Part shown: positions 10,381-59,617 of the stretch, in pieces | How positions within the stretch are numbered: the first letter of the stretch is position 1 | Layout: the number at the start of each line of letters is the position of its first letter | Assembly (NCBI GenBank): GCA_002269645.1 | Contig: NIVC01000138.1 | Span: forward strand, 18,821 to 82,820 | DNA from: Macrostomum lignano | Taxonomy: Eukaryota | DNA: 64,000 bases | Reading direction: 5' to 3' | Translations under genes and position numbers: made by a program | The notes under the pieces: generated by a model | Database searches by the model: none | Told to the model about the DNA's origin: nothing | What the model saw: only the letters and a program-made list of their open reading frames with translations

Positions 10381-13300
10381 TTAGACTGCCATTCATCCCT
10401 TAGACTGCCATTCATCCCTTAGACTGCCATCCATCCCTTAGACTGCCATTCATCCCTTAGACTGCCATCCATCCCTTAGACTGCCATCCATCCCTTAGAC
10501 TGCCATCCATCCCTTAGACTGCCATCCATCCCTTAGACTGCCATTCATCCCTTAGACTGCCATTCATCCCTTAGACTGCCATCCATCCCTTAGACTGCCA
10601 TTCATCCCTTAGACTGCCATCCATCCCTTAGACTGTCATCCATCCCTTAGACTGCCATCCATCCCTTAGACTGCCATTCATCCCTTAGACTGCCATCCAT
10701 CCCTTAGACTGTCATCCATCCCTTAGACTGCCATTCATCCCTTAGACTGCCATTCATCCATCCCTTAGACTGCCATCCATCCCTTAGACTGCCATTCATC
10801 CCTTAGACTGCCATTCATCCATCCCTTAGACTGCCATCCATCCCTTAGACTGCCATTCATCCCTTAGACTGCCATTCATCCATCCCTTAGACTGCCATCC
10901 ATCCCTTAGACTGCCATTCATCCCTTAGACTGCCATCCATCCCTTAGACTGCCATCCATCCCTTAGACTGTCATCCATCCATCCCTTAGACTGCCATCCA
11001 TCCCTTAGACTGCCATTCATCCCTTAGACTGCCATCCATCCCTTAGACTGTCATCCATCCCTTAGACTGCCATTCATCCCTTAGACTGCCATTCATCCAT
11101 CCCCTAGACTGCCATCCATCCCTTAGACTGCCATTCATCCCTTAGACTGCCATTCATCCATCCCTTAGACTGCCATCCATCCCTTAGACTGCCATTCATC
11201 CCTTAGACTGCCATCCATCCCTTAGACTGCCATCCATCCCTTAGACTGTCATCCATCCATCCCTTAGACTGCCATCCATCCCTTAGACTGTCATTCATCC
11301 ATCCCTTAGACTGCCATCCATCCCTTAGACTGTCATTCATCCATCCCTTAGACTGCCATCCATCCCTTAGACTGCCATTCATCCATCCCTTAGACTGCCA
11401 TTCATCCCTTAGACTGCCATTCATCCCTTAGACTGCCATCCATCCCTTAGACTGCCATTCATCTCTTAGACTGCCATTCATCCATCCCTTAGACTGCCAT
11501 CCATCCCTTAGACTGCCATTCATCCCTTAGACTGCCATCCATCCCTTAGACTGCCATCCATCCCTTAGACTGTCATCCATCCATCCCTTAGACTGCCATC
11601 CATCCCTTAGACTGCCATCCATCCCTTAGACTGCCATTCATCCATCCCTTAGACTGCCATTCATCCCTTAGACTGCCATTCATCCCTTAGACTGCCATCC
11701 ATCCCTTAGACTGCCATTCATCTCTTAGACTGCCATTCATCCCTTAGACTGCCATTCATCCCTTAGACTGCCATCCATCCCTTAGACTGCCATTCATCCC
11801 TTAGACTGCCATCCATCCCTTAGACTGCCATTCATCCATCCCTTAGACTGCCATCCATCCCTTAGACTGCCATTCATCCCTTAGACTGCCATCCATCCCT
11901 TAGACTGCCATCCATCCCTTAGACTGCCATTCATCCATCCCTTAGACTGCCATCCATCCCTTAGACTGCCATTCATCCATCCCTTAGACTGCCATCCATC
12001 CCTTAGACTGCCATTCATCCATCCCTTAGACTGCCATCCATCCCTTAGACTGCCATTCATCCATCCCTTAGACTGCCATCCATCCCTTAGACTGCCATTC
12101 ATCCCTTAGACTGCCATTCATCCCTTAGACTGCCATTCATCCATCCCTTAGACTGCCATCCATCCCTTAGACTGCCATTCATCCATCCCTTAGACTGCCA
12201 TTCATCCCTTAGACTGCCATTCATCCATCCCTTAGACTGCCATTCATCCCTTAGACTGCCATTCATCCATCCCTTAGACTGCCATCCATCCCTTAGACTG
12301 CCATTCATCCCTTAGACTGCCATTCATCCATCCCTTAGACTGCCATCCATCCCTTAGACTGCCATTCATCCATCCCTTAGACTGCCATTCATCCCTTAGA
12401 CTGCCATTCATCCATCCCTTAGACTGCCATTCATCCCTTAGACTGCCATTCATCCATCCCTTAGACTGCCATTCATCCCTTAGACTGCCATTCATCCATC
12501 CCTTAGACTGCCATTCATCCCTTAGACTGCCATTCATCCATCCCTTAGACTGCCATTCATCCCTTAGACTGCCATTCATCCATCCCTTAGACTGCCATTC
12601 ATCCATCCCTTAGACTGCCATTCATCCCTTAGACTGCCATTCATCCATCCCTTAGACTGCCATTCATCCCTTAGACTGCCATTCATCCATCCCTTAGACT
12701 GCCATTCATCCCTTAGACTGCCATTCATCCATCCCTTAGACTGCCATTCATCCCTTAGACTGCCATTCATCCATCCCTTAGACTGCCATTCATCCCTTAG
12801 ACTGCCATTCATCCATCCCTTAGACTGCCATTCATCCCTTAGACTGCCATTCATCCATCCCTTAGACTGCCATTCATCCCTTAGACTGCCATTCATCCAT
12901 CCCTTAGACTGCCATTCATCCCTTAGACTGCCATTCATCCCTTAGACTGCCATTCACCCAACCGTTAGACTGCCATTAATCCAACCATTAGACTGCCATT
13001 CATCCATCCCTTAGACTGCCATTAATCCAACCATTAGACTGCCATTCATCCCTTAGACTGCCATTAATCCAACCATTAGACTGCCATTCATCCCTTAGAC
13101 TGCCATTCACCCAGCCGTTAGACTGCCATTCACCCAACCGTTAGACTGCCATTCATCCCTTAGACTGCCATTCATCCCTTAGACTGCCATTCACCCAACC
13201 GTTAGACTGCCATTAATCCAACCATTAGACTGCCATTCATCCATCCCTTAGACTGCCATTCACCCAACCGTTAGACTGCCATTAATCCAACCATTAGACT

Positions 13301-15178
13301 GCCATTCATCCTTAGACTGCCATTCACCCAACCGTTAGACTGCCATTAATCCAACCATTAGACTGCCATTCATCCATCCCTTAGACTGCCATTAATCCAA
13401 CCATTAGACTGCCATTCATCCCTTAGACTGCCATTCATCCATCCCTTAGACTGCCATTCATCCCTTAGACTGCCATTCATCCATCCCTTAGACTGCCATT
13501 CATCCCTTAGACTGCCATTCATCCATCCCTTAGACTGCCATTCATCCCTTAGACTGCCATTCATCCCTTAGACTGCCATTCATCCATCCCTTAGACTGCC
13601 ATTCATCCCTTAGACTGCCATTCATCCATCCCTTAGACTGCCATTCATCCCTTAGACTGCCATTCATCCATCCCTTAGACTGCCATTCATCCCTTAGACT
13701 GCCATTCATCCATCCCTTAGACTGCCATTCATCCCTTAGACTGCCATTCACCCAACCGTTAGACTGCCATTCATCCCTTAGACTGCCATTCATCCATCCC
13801 TTAGACTGCCATTCATCCCTTAGACTGCCATTCATCCATCCCTTAGACTGCCATTCATCCCTTAGACTGCCATTCATCCATCCCTTAGACTGCCATTCAT
13901 CCCTTAGACTGCCATTCATCCATCCCTTAGACTGCCATTCATCCCTTAGACTGCCATTCATCCCTTAGACTGCCATTCACCCAACCGTTAGACTGCCATT
14001 AATCCAACCATTAGACTGCCATTCATCCATCCCTTAGACTGCCATTAATCCAACCATTAGACTGCCATTCATCCCTTAGACTGCCATTAATCCAACCATT
14101 AGACTGCCATTCATCCCTTAGACTGCCATTCACCCAGCCGTTAGACTGCCATTCACCCAACCGTTAGACTGCCATTCATCCCTTAGACTGCCATTCATCC
14201 CTTAGACTGCCATTCACCCAACCGTTAGACTGCCATTAATCCAACCATTAGACTGCCATTCATCCATCCCTTAGACTGCCATTCACCCAACCGTTAGACT
14301 GCCATTAATCCAACCATTAGACTGCCATTCATCCCTTAGACTGCCATTCACCCAACCGTTAGACTGCCATTAATCCAACCATTAGACTGCCATTCATCCA
14401 TCCCTTAGACTGCCATTAATCCAACCATTAGACTGCCATTCATCCCTTAGACTGCCATTCATCCATCCCTTAGACTGCCATTCATCCCTTAGACTGCCAT
14501 TCATCCATCCCTTAGACTGCCATTCATCCCTTAGACTGCCATTCATCCATCCCTTAGACTGCCATTCATCCCTTAGACTGCCATTCATCCATCCCTTAGA
14601 CTGCCATTCATCCCTTAGACTGCCATTCATCCCTTAGACTGCCATTCACCCAACCGTTAGACTGCCATTAATCCAACCATTAGACTGCCATTCATCCCTT
14701 AGACTGCCATTAATCCAACCATTAGACTGCCATTCATCCCTTAGACTGCCATTAATCCAACCATTAGACTGCCATTCATCCCTTAGACTGCCATTCACCC
14801 AGCCGTTAGACTGCCATTCACCCAACCGTTAGACTGCCATTCATCCCTTAGACTGCCATTCATCCCTTAGACTGCCATTCACCCAACCGTTAGACTGCCA
14901 TTAATCCAACCATTAGACTGCCATTCATCCATCCCTTAGACTGCCATTCACCCAACCGTTAGACTGCCATTAATCCAACCATTAGACTGCCATTCATCCC
15001 TTAGACTGCCATTCACCCAACCGTTAGACTGCCATTAATCCAACCATTAGACTGCCATTCATCCATCCCTTAGACTGCCATTAATCCAACCATTAGACTG
15101 CCATTCATCCCTTAGACTGCCATTAATCCAACCATTAGACTGCCATTCATCCCTTAGACTGCCATTCATCCCTTAGTC
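10381..15178. repeat. 4.8-kb minisatellite, 19-bp unit TTAGACTGCCATTCATCCC with 23-bp variants
   Basis: Directly visible tandem array. It explains the WQSKG/MNGSLRD pseudo-ORFs. Confidence 0.98.
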
Positions 15179-15271
15179 TGCATAGGCCTTTATTTGATTG
15201 CAATCGCTTGGGTTTAGATCATCACTTTTAGCTCCATAATTCCGGCGCCAATTCACAGAACTCGAGGCCGC

Positions 15272-16354
15272 CTACAGCAAGCTCCTAGTTGCCAGGCTAA
15301 TAACCGGGACGTCGAACACGCTGTAGTTCATAGCCCGCCAGATGTCGTGCAACAGGTTTAGCCGTCTGTCCAGGTGCATAGCAATCACGTTACCATAGAC
15401 TTGCTGGGACACCGGCGTCAGTAATTCGTGATAGAACAGGCCGTGATGCTCCGGCTCGATGCCGATCTTCTTCAACACAATGCCGAGGAAGACGTCGTCA
15501 AAGCGAATGTACCTCACGAACCGCTGAGCCAGGCTTACCCGACGACAGAGCGCCCGGGTGGTGAGCACGGCTCCGCCTGTAGGGTAGGGCGGCCAGAACG
15601 CGTAGGGGTACTCGGACAGGGTGGTGTACCACCGGTTCATCGGGCTGCGCTTCGGCACCGGCTTAGCGAACACGAAGCCGACCGCTAGCCTGGGATCCGA
15701 TCTTCGGTGCAGCAGACTCCGCAGCAGGTGCGCCAGGTTAGTCGGGCTGACGTAATAGTCATCATCGGCGAATAGAACGAAATCGGCTGAGTGACAGTTG
15801 TTGGCTGCGAAGTCGAACGCGAACATCGTCTTGTAGGTGTTGTTGAAGTAGGAGTCGATGAAATCCTGCTGGATGATGTCGCCGTGCATCGCCTGTTCGG
15901 CGTTCACTCGAACCTGCTGCGTCTGACTGACGCTGCCGCCCAGTACGAATGCGTGAAACACCTGCACACCGAGCCGCTGGTAGTTTCGCTGATTAACCCA
16001 GGTAGAACGAACGGCGTCGCGGAACTGCCGATTACCCAAGCCGCTCTTCACCAGGATCAGCAGCCGCGGAGCGGCCTGCTGCGCTAGAAAACTTCTATGG
16101 AGTTGGCACAGATTCTTGCCGGAGTGCAGCACGGCAAACGAGACATTGTTGATGGTAGCGGTGTCTCTTGGATAGGCCTGGAAGCGATCGTAGTGGCTGA
16201 GCAGCTGCTGGAAGTCAATCTCCAAGGGATAGGTGAACTGTGAGTAGGGCAGGACTAGCATATACGGAACCACCTCCAGGCCGAACCAGAGAATTGGCAC
16301 GAAAGCTATCACTGCCAGTATGGTGAGGCACAGAGACTGCCGCCTGCCGCGAAA
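15272..16354 (-). CDS. Beta-1,3-galactosyltransferase family (GT31, brainiac/B3GALT-like), main coding exon
   Basis: Open frame from the acceptor ttattgacag| at 16355 to TAG at 15272. Basic stretch plus TM segment (RRQSLCLTILAVIAFVPILWF), RxAVRSTW, FADDDYY (DxD), WPPYPTGGAV and FDDVFLG are GT31 motifs. The ATG must lie in an upstream exon. Confidence 0.9.
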   Translation of the reverse strand, partial: FRGRRQSLCLTILAVIAFVPILWFGLEVVPYMLVLPYSQFTYPLEIDFQQLLSHYDRFQAYPRDTATINNVSFAVLHSGKNLCQLHRSFLAQQAAPRLLILVKSGLGNRQFRDAVRSTWVNQRNYQRLGVQVFHAFVLGGSVSQTQQVRVNAEQAMHGDIIQQDFIDSYFNNTYKTMFAFDFAANNCHSADFVLFADDDYYVSPTNLAHLLRSLLHRRSDPRLAVGFVFAKPVPKRSPMNRWYTTLSEYPYAFWPPYPTGGAVLTTRALCRRVSLAQRFVRYIRFDDVFLGIVLKKIGIEPEHHGLFYHELLTPVSQQVYGNVIAMHLDRRLNLLHDIWRAMNYSVFDVPVISLATRSLL

Positions 16355-16391
16355 CTGTCAATAAGGTTTTGAGGGATTGTGTTCGAATTGA

Positions 16392-16794
<403 letters not shown>

Positions 16795-17580
16795 CCTAAA
16801 TTCTCTTACGCTCGAAGATGTAGTACTTCCGCTTCAGTTTCAACTGTTTCAAACCTGACCTGTCTTGAATCCATCTGTGAGCCGTGGCTCAGGGGGAATT
16901 GCTCAGATTTAGTTTTTCATGGCTAAATACACTGTTTCGGACTGTTTTAAACTCCATCTGCTCCTAGCAAAGTCAGAATCGCGCACAGCGCACCCAGTCG
17001 TAATCTGAACTTTAGCGATAGCGCAGTCTTACCCTGTACAGTAGGCGTCGCCATCTGTTTCTCAACACTCCAGGTGATTTATTGCCAACGCTAATCTCTA
17101 GCCCTGGCCAGACAGTTGCTAGGCTTCGAACTGCGCACCTTGACGCTTTGGTAACGCAGCGCAACAGAAATCTTCGCATTTTTCTTTCATTAAAAACGGC
17201 CTCTCAAAAAGTTTGCTCTCAACGTCTTATTTTTATCTCTTTCTATGGCATTTACTCAAAGTCAGGCGGCTCTGTATATTAGCGGCCGGTGCGCTATTAT
17301 GCTATCGAATATTTGCCTTATTATAGTGCGCCTACATGGCCGGCTAGATGACGCATAAGGCTAACGAAATACCCTGCATGGCAACACTGGCAAAGCGAAG
17401 GCAAACAAAACAGTCTTATATTTACACACTGCGCTAAATGTCACCCATTGGCTAACTGGTATCTGCATTTGCTCTCTGACTTTCTTACGATATAATCATT
17501 TTTTGACTAAAAATTCTAATAAACAAAAATTTGTTTGCATATCTGTAACACTCTTGACTAAAGGAGATTAAACCGTCTGA

Positions 17581-19243
17581 CCAATCCAAAGGATCAAAGA
17601 GAGTAGTGGCAGTCCCAATCCAAAGGATCAAAGAGAGTAGTGGCAGCACCAATCCAAAGGATCAAAGAGAGTAGTGGCAGCCCTAATCCAAAGGATTAAA
17701 GAGAGTAGTGGCAGCCCTAATCCAAAGGATCAAAGAGAGTAGTGGCAGCCCTAATCCAAAGGATTAAAGAGAGTAGTGGCAGCCCTAATCCAAAGGATCA
17801 AAGAGAGTAGTGGCAGCCCTAATCCAAAGGATTAAAGAGAGTAGTGGCAGCCCTAATCCAAAGGATCAAAGAGAATAGTGGCAGCCCTAATCCAAAGGAT
17901 TAAAGAGAGTAGTGGCAGCCCCAATCCAAAGGATCAAAGAGAGTAGTGGCAGCCCCAATCCAAAGGATCAAAGAGAGTAGTGGCAGCCCCAATCCAAAGG
18001 ATCAAAGAGAGTAGTGGCAGCCCAAATCCAAAGGATCAAAGAGAGTAGTGGCAGACCAATCCAAAGAATCAAAGAGAGTAGTGGCAGACCAATCCAAAGG
18101 ATCAAAGAGAGTAGTGGCAGCCCTAATCCAAAGGATTAAAGAGAGTAGTGGCAGCCCTAATCCAAAGGATTAAAGAGAGTAGTGGCAGCCCCAATCCAAA
18201 GGATCAAAGAGAGTAGTGGCAGCCCCAATCCAAAGGATCAAAGAGAGTAGTGGCAGTACCAATCCAAAGGATCAAAGAGAGTAGTGGCAGCCCCAATCCA
18301 AAGGATCAAAGAGAGTAGTGGCAGACCAATACAAAAGAATCAAAGAGAGTAGTGGCAGCCCCAATCCAAAGGATCAAAGAGAGTAGTGGCAGTACCAATC
18401 CAAAGGATTAAAGAGAGTAGTGGCAGCCCCAATCCAAAGGATCAAAGAGAGTAGTGGCAGTCCCAATCCAAAGGATCAAAGAGAGTAGTGGCAGTCCCAA
18501 TCCAAAGGATCAAAGAGAGTAGTGGCAGCCCCAATCCAAAGGATCAAAGAGAGTAGTGGCAGACCAATACAAAAGAATCAAAGAGAGTAGTGGCAGCCCC
18601 AATCCAAAGGATCAAAGAGAGTAGTGGCAGCCCCAATCCAAAGGATCAAAGAGAGTAGTGGCAGCCCCAATCCAAAGGATCAAAGAGAGTAGTGGCAGCC
18701 CCAATCCAAAGGATCAAAGAGAGTAGTGGCAGCCCCAATCCAAAGGATCAAAGAGAGTAGTGGCAGCCCCAATCCAAAGGATCAAAGAGAGTAGTGGCAG
18801 ACCAATACAAAAGAATCAAAGAGAGTAGTGGCAGCCCCAATCCAAAGGATCAAAGAGAGTAGTGGCAGCCCCAATCCAAAGGATCAAAGAGAGTAGTGGC
18901 AGCCCCAATCCAAAGGATCAAAGAGAGTAGTGGCAGCCCCAATCCAAAGGATCAAAGAGAGTAGTGGCAGCCCCAATCCAAAGGATCAAAGAGAGTAGTG
19001 GCAGCCCCAATCCAAAGGATCAAAGAGAGTAGTGGCAGCCCCAATCCAAAGGATCAAAGAGAGTAGTGGCAGCCCCAATCCAAAGGATCAAAGAGAGTAG
19101 TGGCAGCCCCAATCCAAAGGATCAAAGAGAGTAGTGGTAGACCAATCCAAAAGAATCAGAGAGTAGTGGCAGCCCCAATCCAAAGGATCAAAGAGAGTAG
19201 TGGCAGCCCCAATCCAAAGGATCAAAGAGAGTAGTGGCAGCCC
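17581..19243. repeat. 34-bp minisatellite CCCCAATCCAAAGGATCAAAGAGAGTAGTGGCAG
   Basis: Directly visible, with some 33-bp variant units. Confidence 0.97.
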
Positions 19244-20627
19244 TACACAAAAATGCTATCGGCCCAAAGCAGAGATAAATGTACAAGGGTACTACAAGTA
19301 TTTTTACATTAAGACTCATAATGAAAAAGTCATAATTAGTGCACCTACTACGCACTTGGCATGGAGGAATGCCTTATTGGTAATTTATAATCTTACATTT
19401 CTTGCTAGCACGTATACAGTATATACAGTACTCTTATGGCTAACTAATAATAGTCCAATTAATTTGTGCTGAAAATGCAGCGCAGCACTCACCAGGTTGT
19501 GAAGGAGCCTACTAATGGCCAGCTTAAGTCGTACCATGGCGCCGCCTCTCCCAGCTCAGCTCCGTTGCCAGGTCGATAAGTGAAGCGAGCAGATTAGATG
19601 GGATAGTTAATGGTTTCTAAACCCATGCGCCTGTTCAGAGCCGATAAAAAAGAACTGTTATGGCTCTTTTAGCCAGGGGTGCAAGCAATGATATCGAACA
19701 GGTATGAGCGTAATTGCTGTATGTACGAGTGTATGTATGGCTTAGTCAGTTCCGGGAGCAGTAGGCAAGCTACCAACCAGCCAGTCCCGACTATAACAAC
19801 ACCTGTTTGTCTCAGACCCTCCTCTCTCTTCTCCCCAATTTCAAAAATACTCTATACTCAACCAAGCTGAGCCAAGGACACCGAAGAACAAGAACCTGGA
19901 ATGCTAGCACTTGCCCGAAGGTGACGGTTCGCGCACAAAATAGAATAGAATTTCTTTTTCCTCTTTTGTCAAGCAATCCAAACTCCAGCCTATGAGCTAA
20001 TGCTAACAAAAGTTATGAAGAAGCATTTAACCCTCAAGCGGTTAAAAGGTTTAATTACAAAATTAGATGGATTAGATTAGATGGTATACCATAATTTGAT
20101 GCCAATGACAGCTACAGCTACAGTGAAAAGCAAGTCTCTAATAGCGGGATTCTCTCAGTAAGAATTCAACGAGTTTTTACTGAAATACTCAAACTAAAAA
20201 AAGCAAAACTATAATCAGCCTACAATTCTCTGAGAATGGCAGCATTGAGGAAGAGTGGGTCTACCAGGATGCAGTTCTGAGTCTCCATGGCTATAAGCAC
20301 TAGAACGAGCTCTGTAATTGCATTTTTGTCCAATTGGAATGTGGCGCATCGCCCAGCAGACACAGAGGGAGAAAATGGGCAGAGAGTAGGGGTGGCGTAG
20401 GGTGTTGAGTAGGAGGGGGTGGGAGAGAAAGGCCAGCTCTATATCCCATATCTAAACTAGAGAGCGCTTATACAAATTGGCCCAGTTAGACAATATCGAC
20501 CTCGCTGTACATAAAATACGAGCCAGATATATACTCATTATATCTACAGTGTATAATATGTATATTACACGCGGATACAGTAGTTGAAGAAGTCGCCGCC
20601 GCTCGAAAAGCACTCAACCAGCTGTCC

Positions 20628-21157
<530 letters not shown>

Positions 21158-21594
21158 AGCTTGACGCTGACAAATTAATAGTCAACTGCAGTGCATTTTC
21201 CCAGCTTAGGATCTGCATATATCCGCTACAATAAGACAGCGAATTTGAATTAAAATGAATGCAAGGCTAAAACAACGGCTCGAGCGCACTAGAGAGGCCA
21301 ATTTGGAAGTGCGGTCGAACTCGACAGTGGAATGCCTGTCTCTTGTCTGTCATGGCAGCGTAACTTAACTTCGCAATCTAGCCTAGCTGAGCGATAAGCT
21401 ATGCTCTTCAATCGATTTTGGGCGTTCCTTTTTGAGCTAAACTTGAAATAACTCAAATTAATACATTCTTTTGTCGTGGGAACATTTTTAAAATAAGAAT
21501 TAAAAATTTAGTTCTAATAGTTTTATATCTTCAACTTTGTTTCGACTGACTCTCTTTGGTTCCAAATTTACCCTTATCATAATCTGACTTGACA

Positions 21595-22610
21595 GTCTGA
21601 CATCATCTAATCTGTCAAGAGACTTCAGTCTGACATCATCTAATCTGTCAAGAGACTTCAGTCTGACATCATCTAATCTGTCAAGAGACTTCAGTCTGAC
21701 ATCATATGATCTGTCAAGAGACTTCAGTCTGACATCATCTAATCTGTCAGGAGACTTCAGTCTGACATCATCTAATCTGTCAAGAGACTTCAGTCTGACA
21801 TCATCTAATCTGTCAAGAGACTTCAGTCTGACATCATCTAATCTGTCAGGAGACTTCAGTCTGACATCATCTAATCTGTCAAGAGACTTCAGTCTGACAT
21901 CATCTAATCTGTCAAGAGACTTCAGTCTGACATCATATGATCTGTCAAGAGACTTCAGTCTGACATCATATGATCTGTCAAGAGACTTCAGTCTGACATC
22001 ATCTAATCTGTCAGGAGACTTCAGTCTGACATCATCTAATCTGTCAAGAGACTTCAGTCTGACATCATCTAATCTGTCAAGAGACTTCAGTCTGACATCA
22101 TATGATCTGTCAAGAGACTTCAGTCTGACATCATCTAATCTGTCAGGAGACTTCAGTCTGACATCATCTAATCTGTCAAGAGACTTCAGTCTGACATCAT
22201 ATGATCTGTCAAGAGACTTCAGTCTGACATCATCTAATCTGTCAGGAGACTTCAGTCTGACATCATCTAATCTGTCAAGAGACTTCAGTCTGACATCATC
22301 TAATCTGTCAAGAGACTTCAGTCTGACATCATATGATCTGTCAAGAGACTTCAGTCTGACATCATCTAATCTGTCAGGAGACTTCAGTCTGACATCATCT
22401 AATCTGTCAAGAGACTTCAGTCTGACATCATATGATCTGTCAAGAGACTTCAGTCTGACATCATCTAATCTGTCAGGAGACTTCAGTCTGACATCATCTA
22501 ATCTGTCAAGAGACTTCAGTCTGACATCATATGATCTGTCAAGAGACTTCAGTCTGACATCATCTAATCTGTCAGGAGACTTCAGTCTGACATCATATGA
22601 TCTGTCAGGA
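21595..22610. repeat. 33-bp minisatellite CTGACATCATCTAATCTGTCAAGAGACTTCAGT
   Basis: Directly visible. One minus-strand frame stays open because the unit is 3n. Confidence 0.96.
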
Positions 22611-22954
22611 GAATCCAACCTGAAATCTGAAACACTCGAGCAAATATTTACGAGCGTATGCAGTTTAAATGCATTCCATAATATCATATACTCAATTAAA
22701 AATTTTACACGCCACAGATAGCATGAGCCCATGTTTTTATCAAACGCAAATATTTTGCATAAAAAGGCTTTCGCCAAATACCAGAGATTCGGCAAGCCTG
22801 CCAGGGTTTTGAGTATTTTTGTGTATTTTTTCATATTTCTATAATAGCCATAACAAACCGACTGAATTATAGTGTCGGGCAGATAAGCTACAGTATTTGC
22901 GCCTGTTGCGTGCCTTTCTAGAGTCAAACTGGCATACTTAAGGCTCTGCCGGCT

Positions 22955-23099
<145 letters not shown>

Positions 23100-23145
23100 C
23101 ACTGTCAATCAGCCTAGTAATTAACAGTATCCAAGCCTGGAACAC

Positions 23146-56999
<33,854 letters not shown>

Positions 57000-57309
57000 C
57001 CGACCAGCCGCAGGTGTTTCAGCTGTTGCTGATTTCTCTCTTTTGCAACAAAATGCGGCAGTTCGAACGGATGATTAGAGTGGGGAGGAGCCGCCCATCC
57101 TGGCTTTTTCTGTGGTGGTGAGAGGCTGCAAACTGGCTGGGGGGCAGATTACAGCATGCTTGACAGGCTGCCTTAAATCTCATTGGTTTGCAGGTTTTGG
57201 GGTGGCAGTTCGGGAGCCAAAACTGAAGGGAACGAACAACTTTAGGAAGAGGCTTGGGGTGTAGGAAACTCCTTTATGGATTTTTAAAAATTAGCATCTG
57301 GATTGATTG

Positions 57310-57827
57310 GCGCCCCTGGTGCTGGCGCCCCTGGTGCTGGCGCCCCTGGTGCTGGCGCCCCTGGTGCTGGCGCCCCTGGTGCTGGCGCCCCTGGTGCTGG
57401 CGCCCCTGGTGCTGGCGCCCCTGGTGCTGGCGCCCCTGGTGCTGGCGCCCCTGGTGCTGGCGCCCCTGGTGCTGGCGCCCCTGGTGCTGGCGCCCCTGGT
57501 GCTGGCGCCCCTGGTGCTGGCGCCCTGGTGCTGGCGCCCCTGGTGCTGGCGCCCCTGGTGCTGGCGCCCCTGGTGCTGGCGCCCCTGGTGCTGGCGCCCC
57601 TGGTGCTGGCGCCCCTGGTGCTGGCGCCCCTGGTGCTGGCGCCCCTGGTGCTGGCGCCCCTGGTGCTGGCGCCCCTGGTGCTGGCGCCCCTGGTGCTGGC
57701 GCCCCTGGTGCTGGCGCCCCTGGTGCTGGCGCCCCTGGTGCTGGCGCCCCTGGTGCTAAAGCCCCTGGTGCTAAAGCCCCTGGTGCTAAAGCCCCTGGTG
57801 CTAAAGCCCCTGGTGCTAAAGCTCCTG
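57310..57827. repeat. 15-bp GC-rich minisatellite upstream of hemicentin
   Basis: Unit GGCGCCCCTGGTGCT, with one 14-bp unit near 57521 and terminal AAAGCCCC variants. Confidence 0.96.
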
Positions 57828-58450
57828 GTTAGTAATTGTTTAACAGCAATGAAATTTCTTTGAAAATTCAAATTGGCGCAAAACCTGGGTCAAGTTAATG
57901 CTAGTGGTTCCTCACTAATCAGAGTCTGTCTGACTTGTTGGAATTTTCCCCAAAAGCCTCAGGCTGCCAGCGCCTTTGAAGCAAGGGTATTGTTGCCTGC
58001 GAAGGATACAAATTTGCACAGGTTACACACAAAGAAGCAGAAGGGTAGGATATGCGTTATTCCACTTTCTAGTTTCTGCCAGCCCTTTCTCTCTCCTCTC
58101 AGCTGGGCACCGAACGCCCCGAACAGCTGGTCCAGTCTGTTTCGCCAGGTCCTGTCGGGATCAGGGCAATAACTGGCCGCACGCACCGCACTGTATGCGC
58201 AGAAAGCGAAACGCATCCTGCTGGCGGAGGCAGGGGATCAGCAGGGCAAATTCCCCATGTCAGAGTGGGCGGCTGCTGACTCATCATTAGCTTAGTCTAA
58301 GGATGGCGTTGGGAGGCTGGGCCAGGGAGAAAAACTGACTCGGTGGGTGGGAGGCTTCGGATAGAAAAGGGGCTGGTGATGGAGTGCTAGATTAGCGATC
58401 CTGGAGTGGAAACAGGGGAATCGTTAATTAAAGGTGAATGGAGATTCAAG

Positions 58451-59617
<1,167 letters not shown>

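Noticed and set aside
11203-14630. MNGSLRDEWQSKG ORFs
   Set aside because: These are translations of alternating 19-bp and 23-bp satellite units (42 bp, 3n).
10381-15178. Telomeric-repeat origin of the large satellite (CCCTTAG)
   Set aside because: No tandem TTAGGG/CCCTAA hexamers; the resemblance is limited to a few bases per unit.
17581-19243. 34-bp array as a possible CRISPR array
   Set aside because: Units are head-to-tail with no unique spacers, there are no cas genes, and the context is eukaryotic. The same applies to the other 30-41-bp arrays.
21500-22927. 475-aa ORF of LKSLDRLDDVR repeats
   Set aside because: It has a TTG start and AT-rich, non-coding-like flanks. It is open only because the 33-bp unit is 3n with no stop in that frame, and it lies just downstream of the hemicentin stop. 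RNA-seq or ribosome profiling would be needed to revive it.
57254-57871. Elastin/silk-like GAGAP or PAPGA ORFs
   Set aside because: A 15-bp VNTR open in several frames on both strands, with a frame-breaking 14-bp unit and no credible start or splice context.
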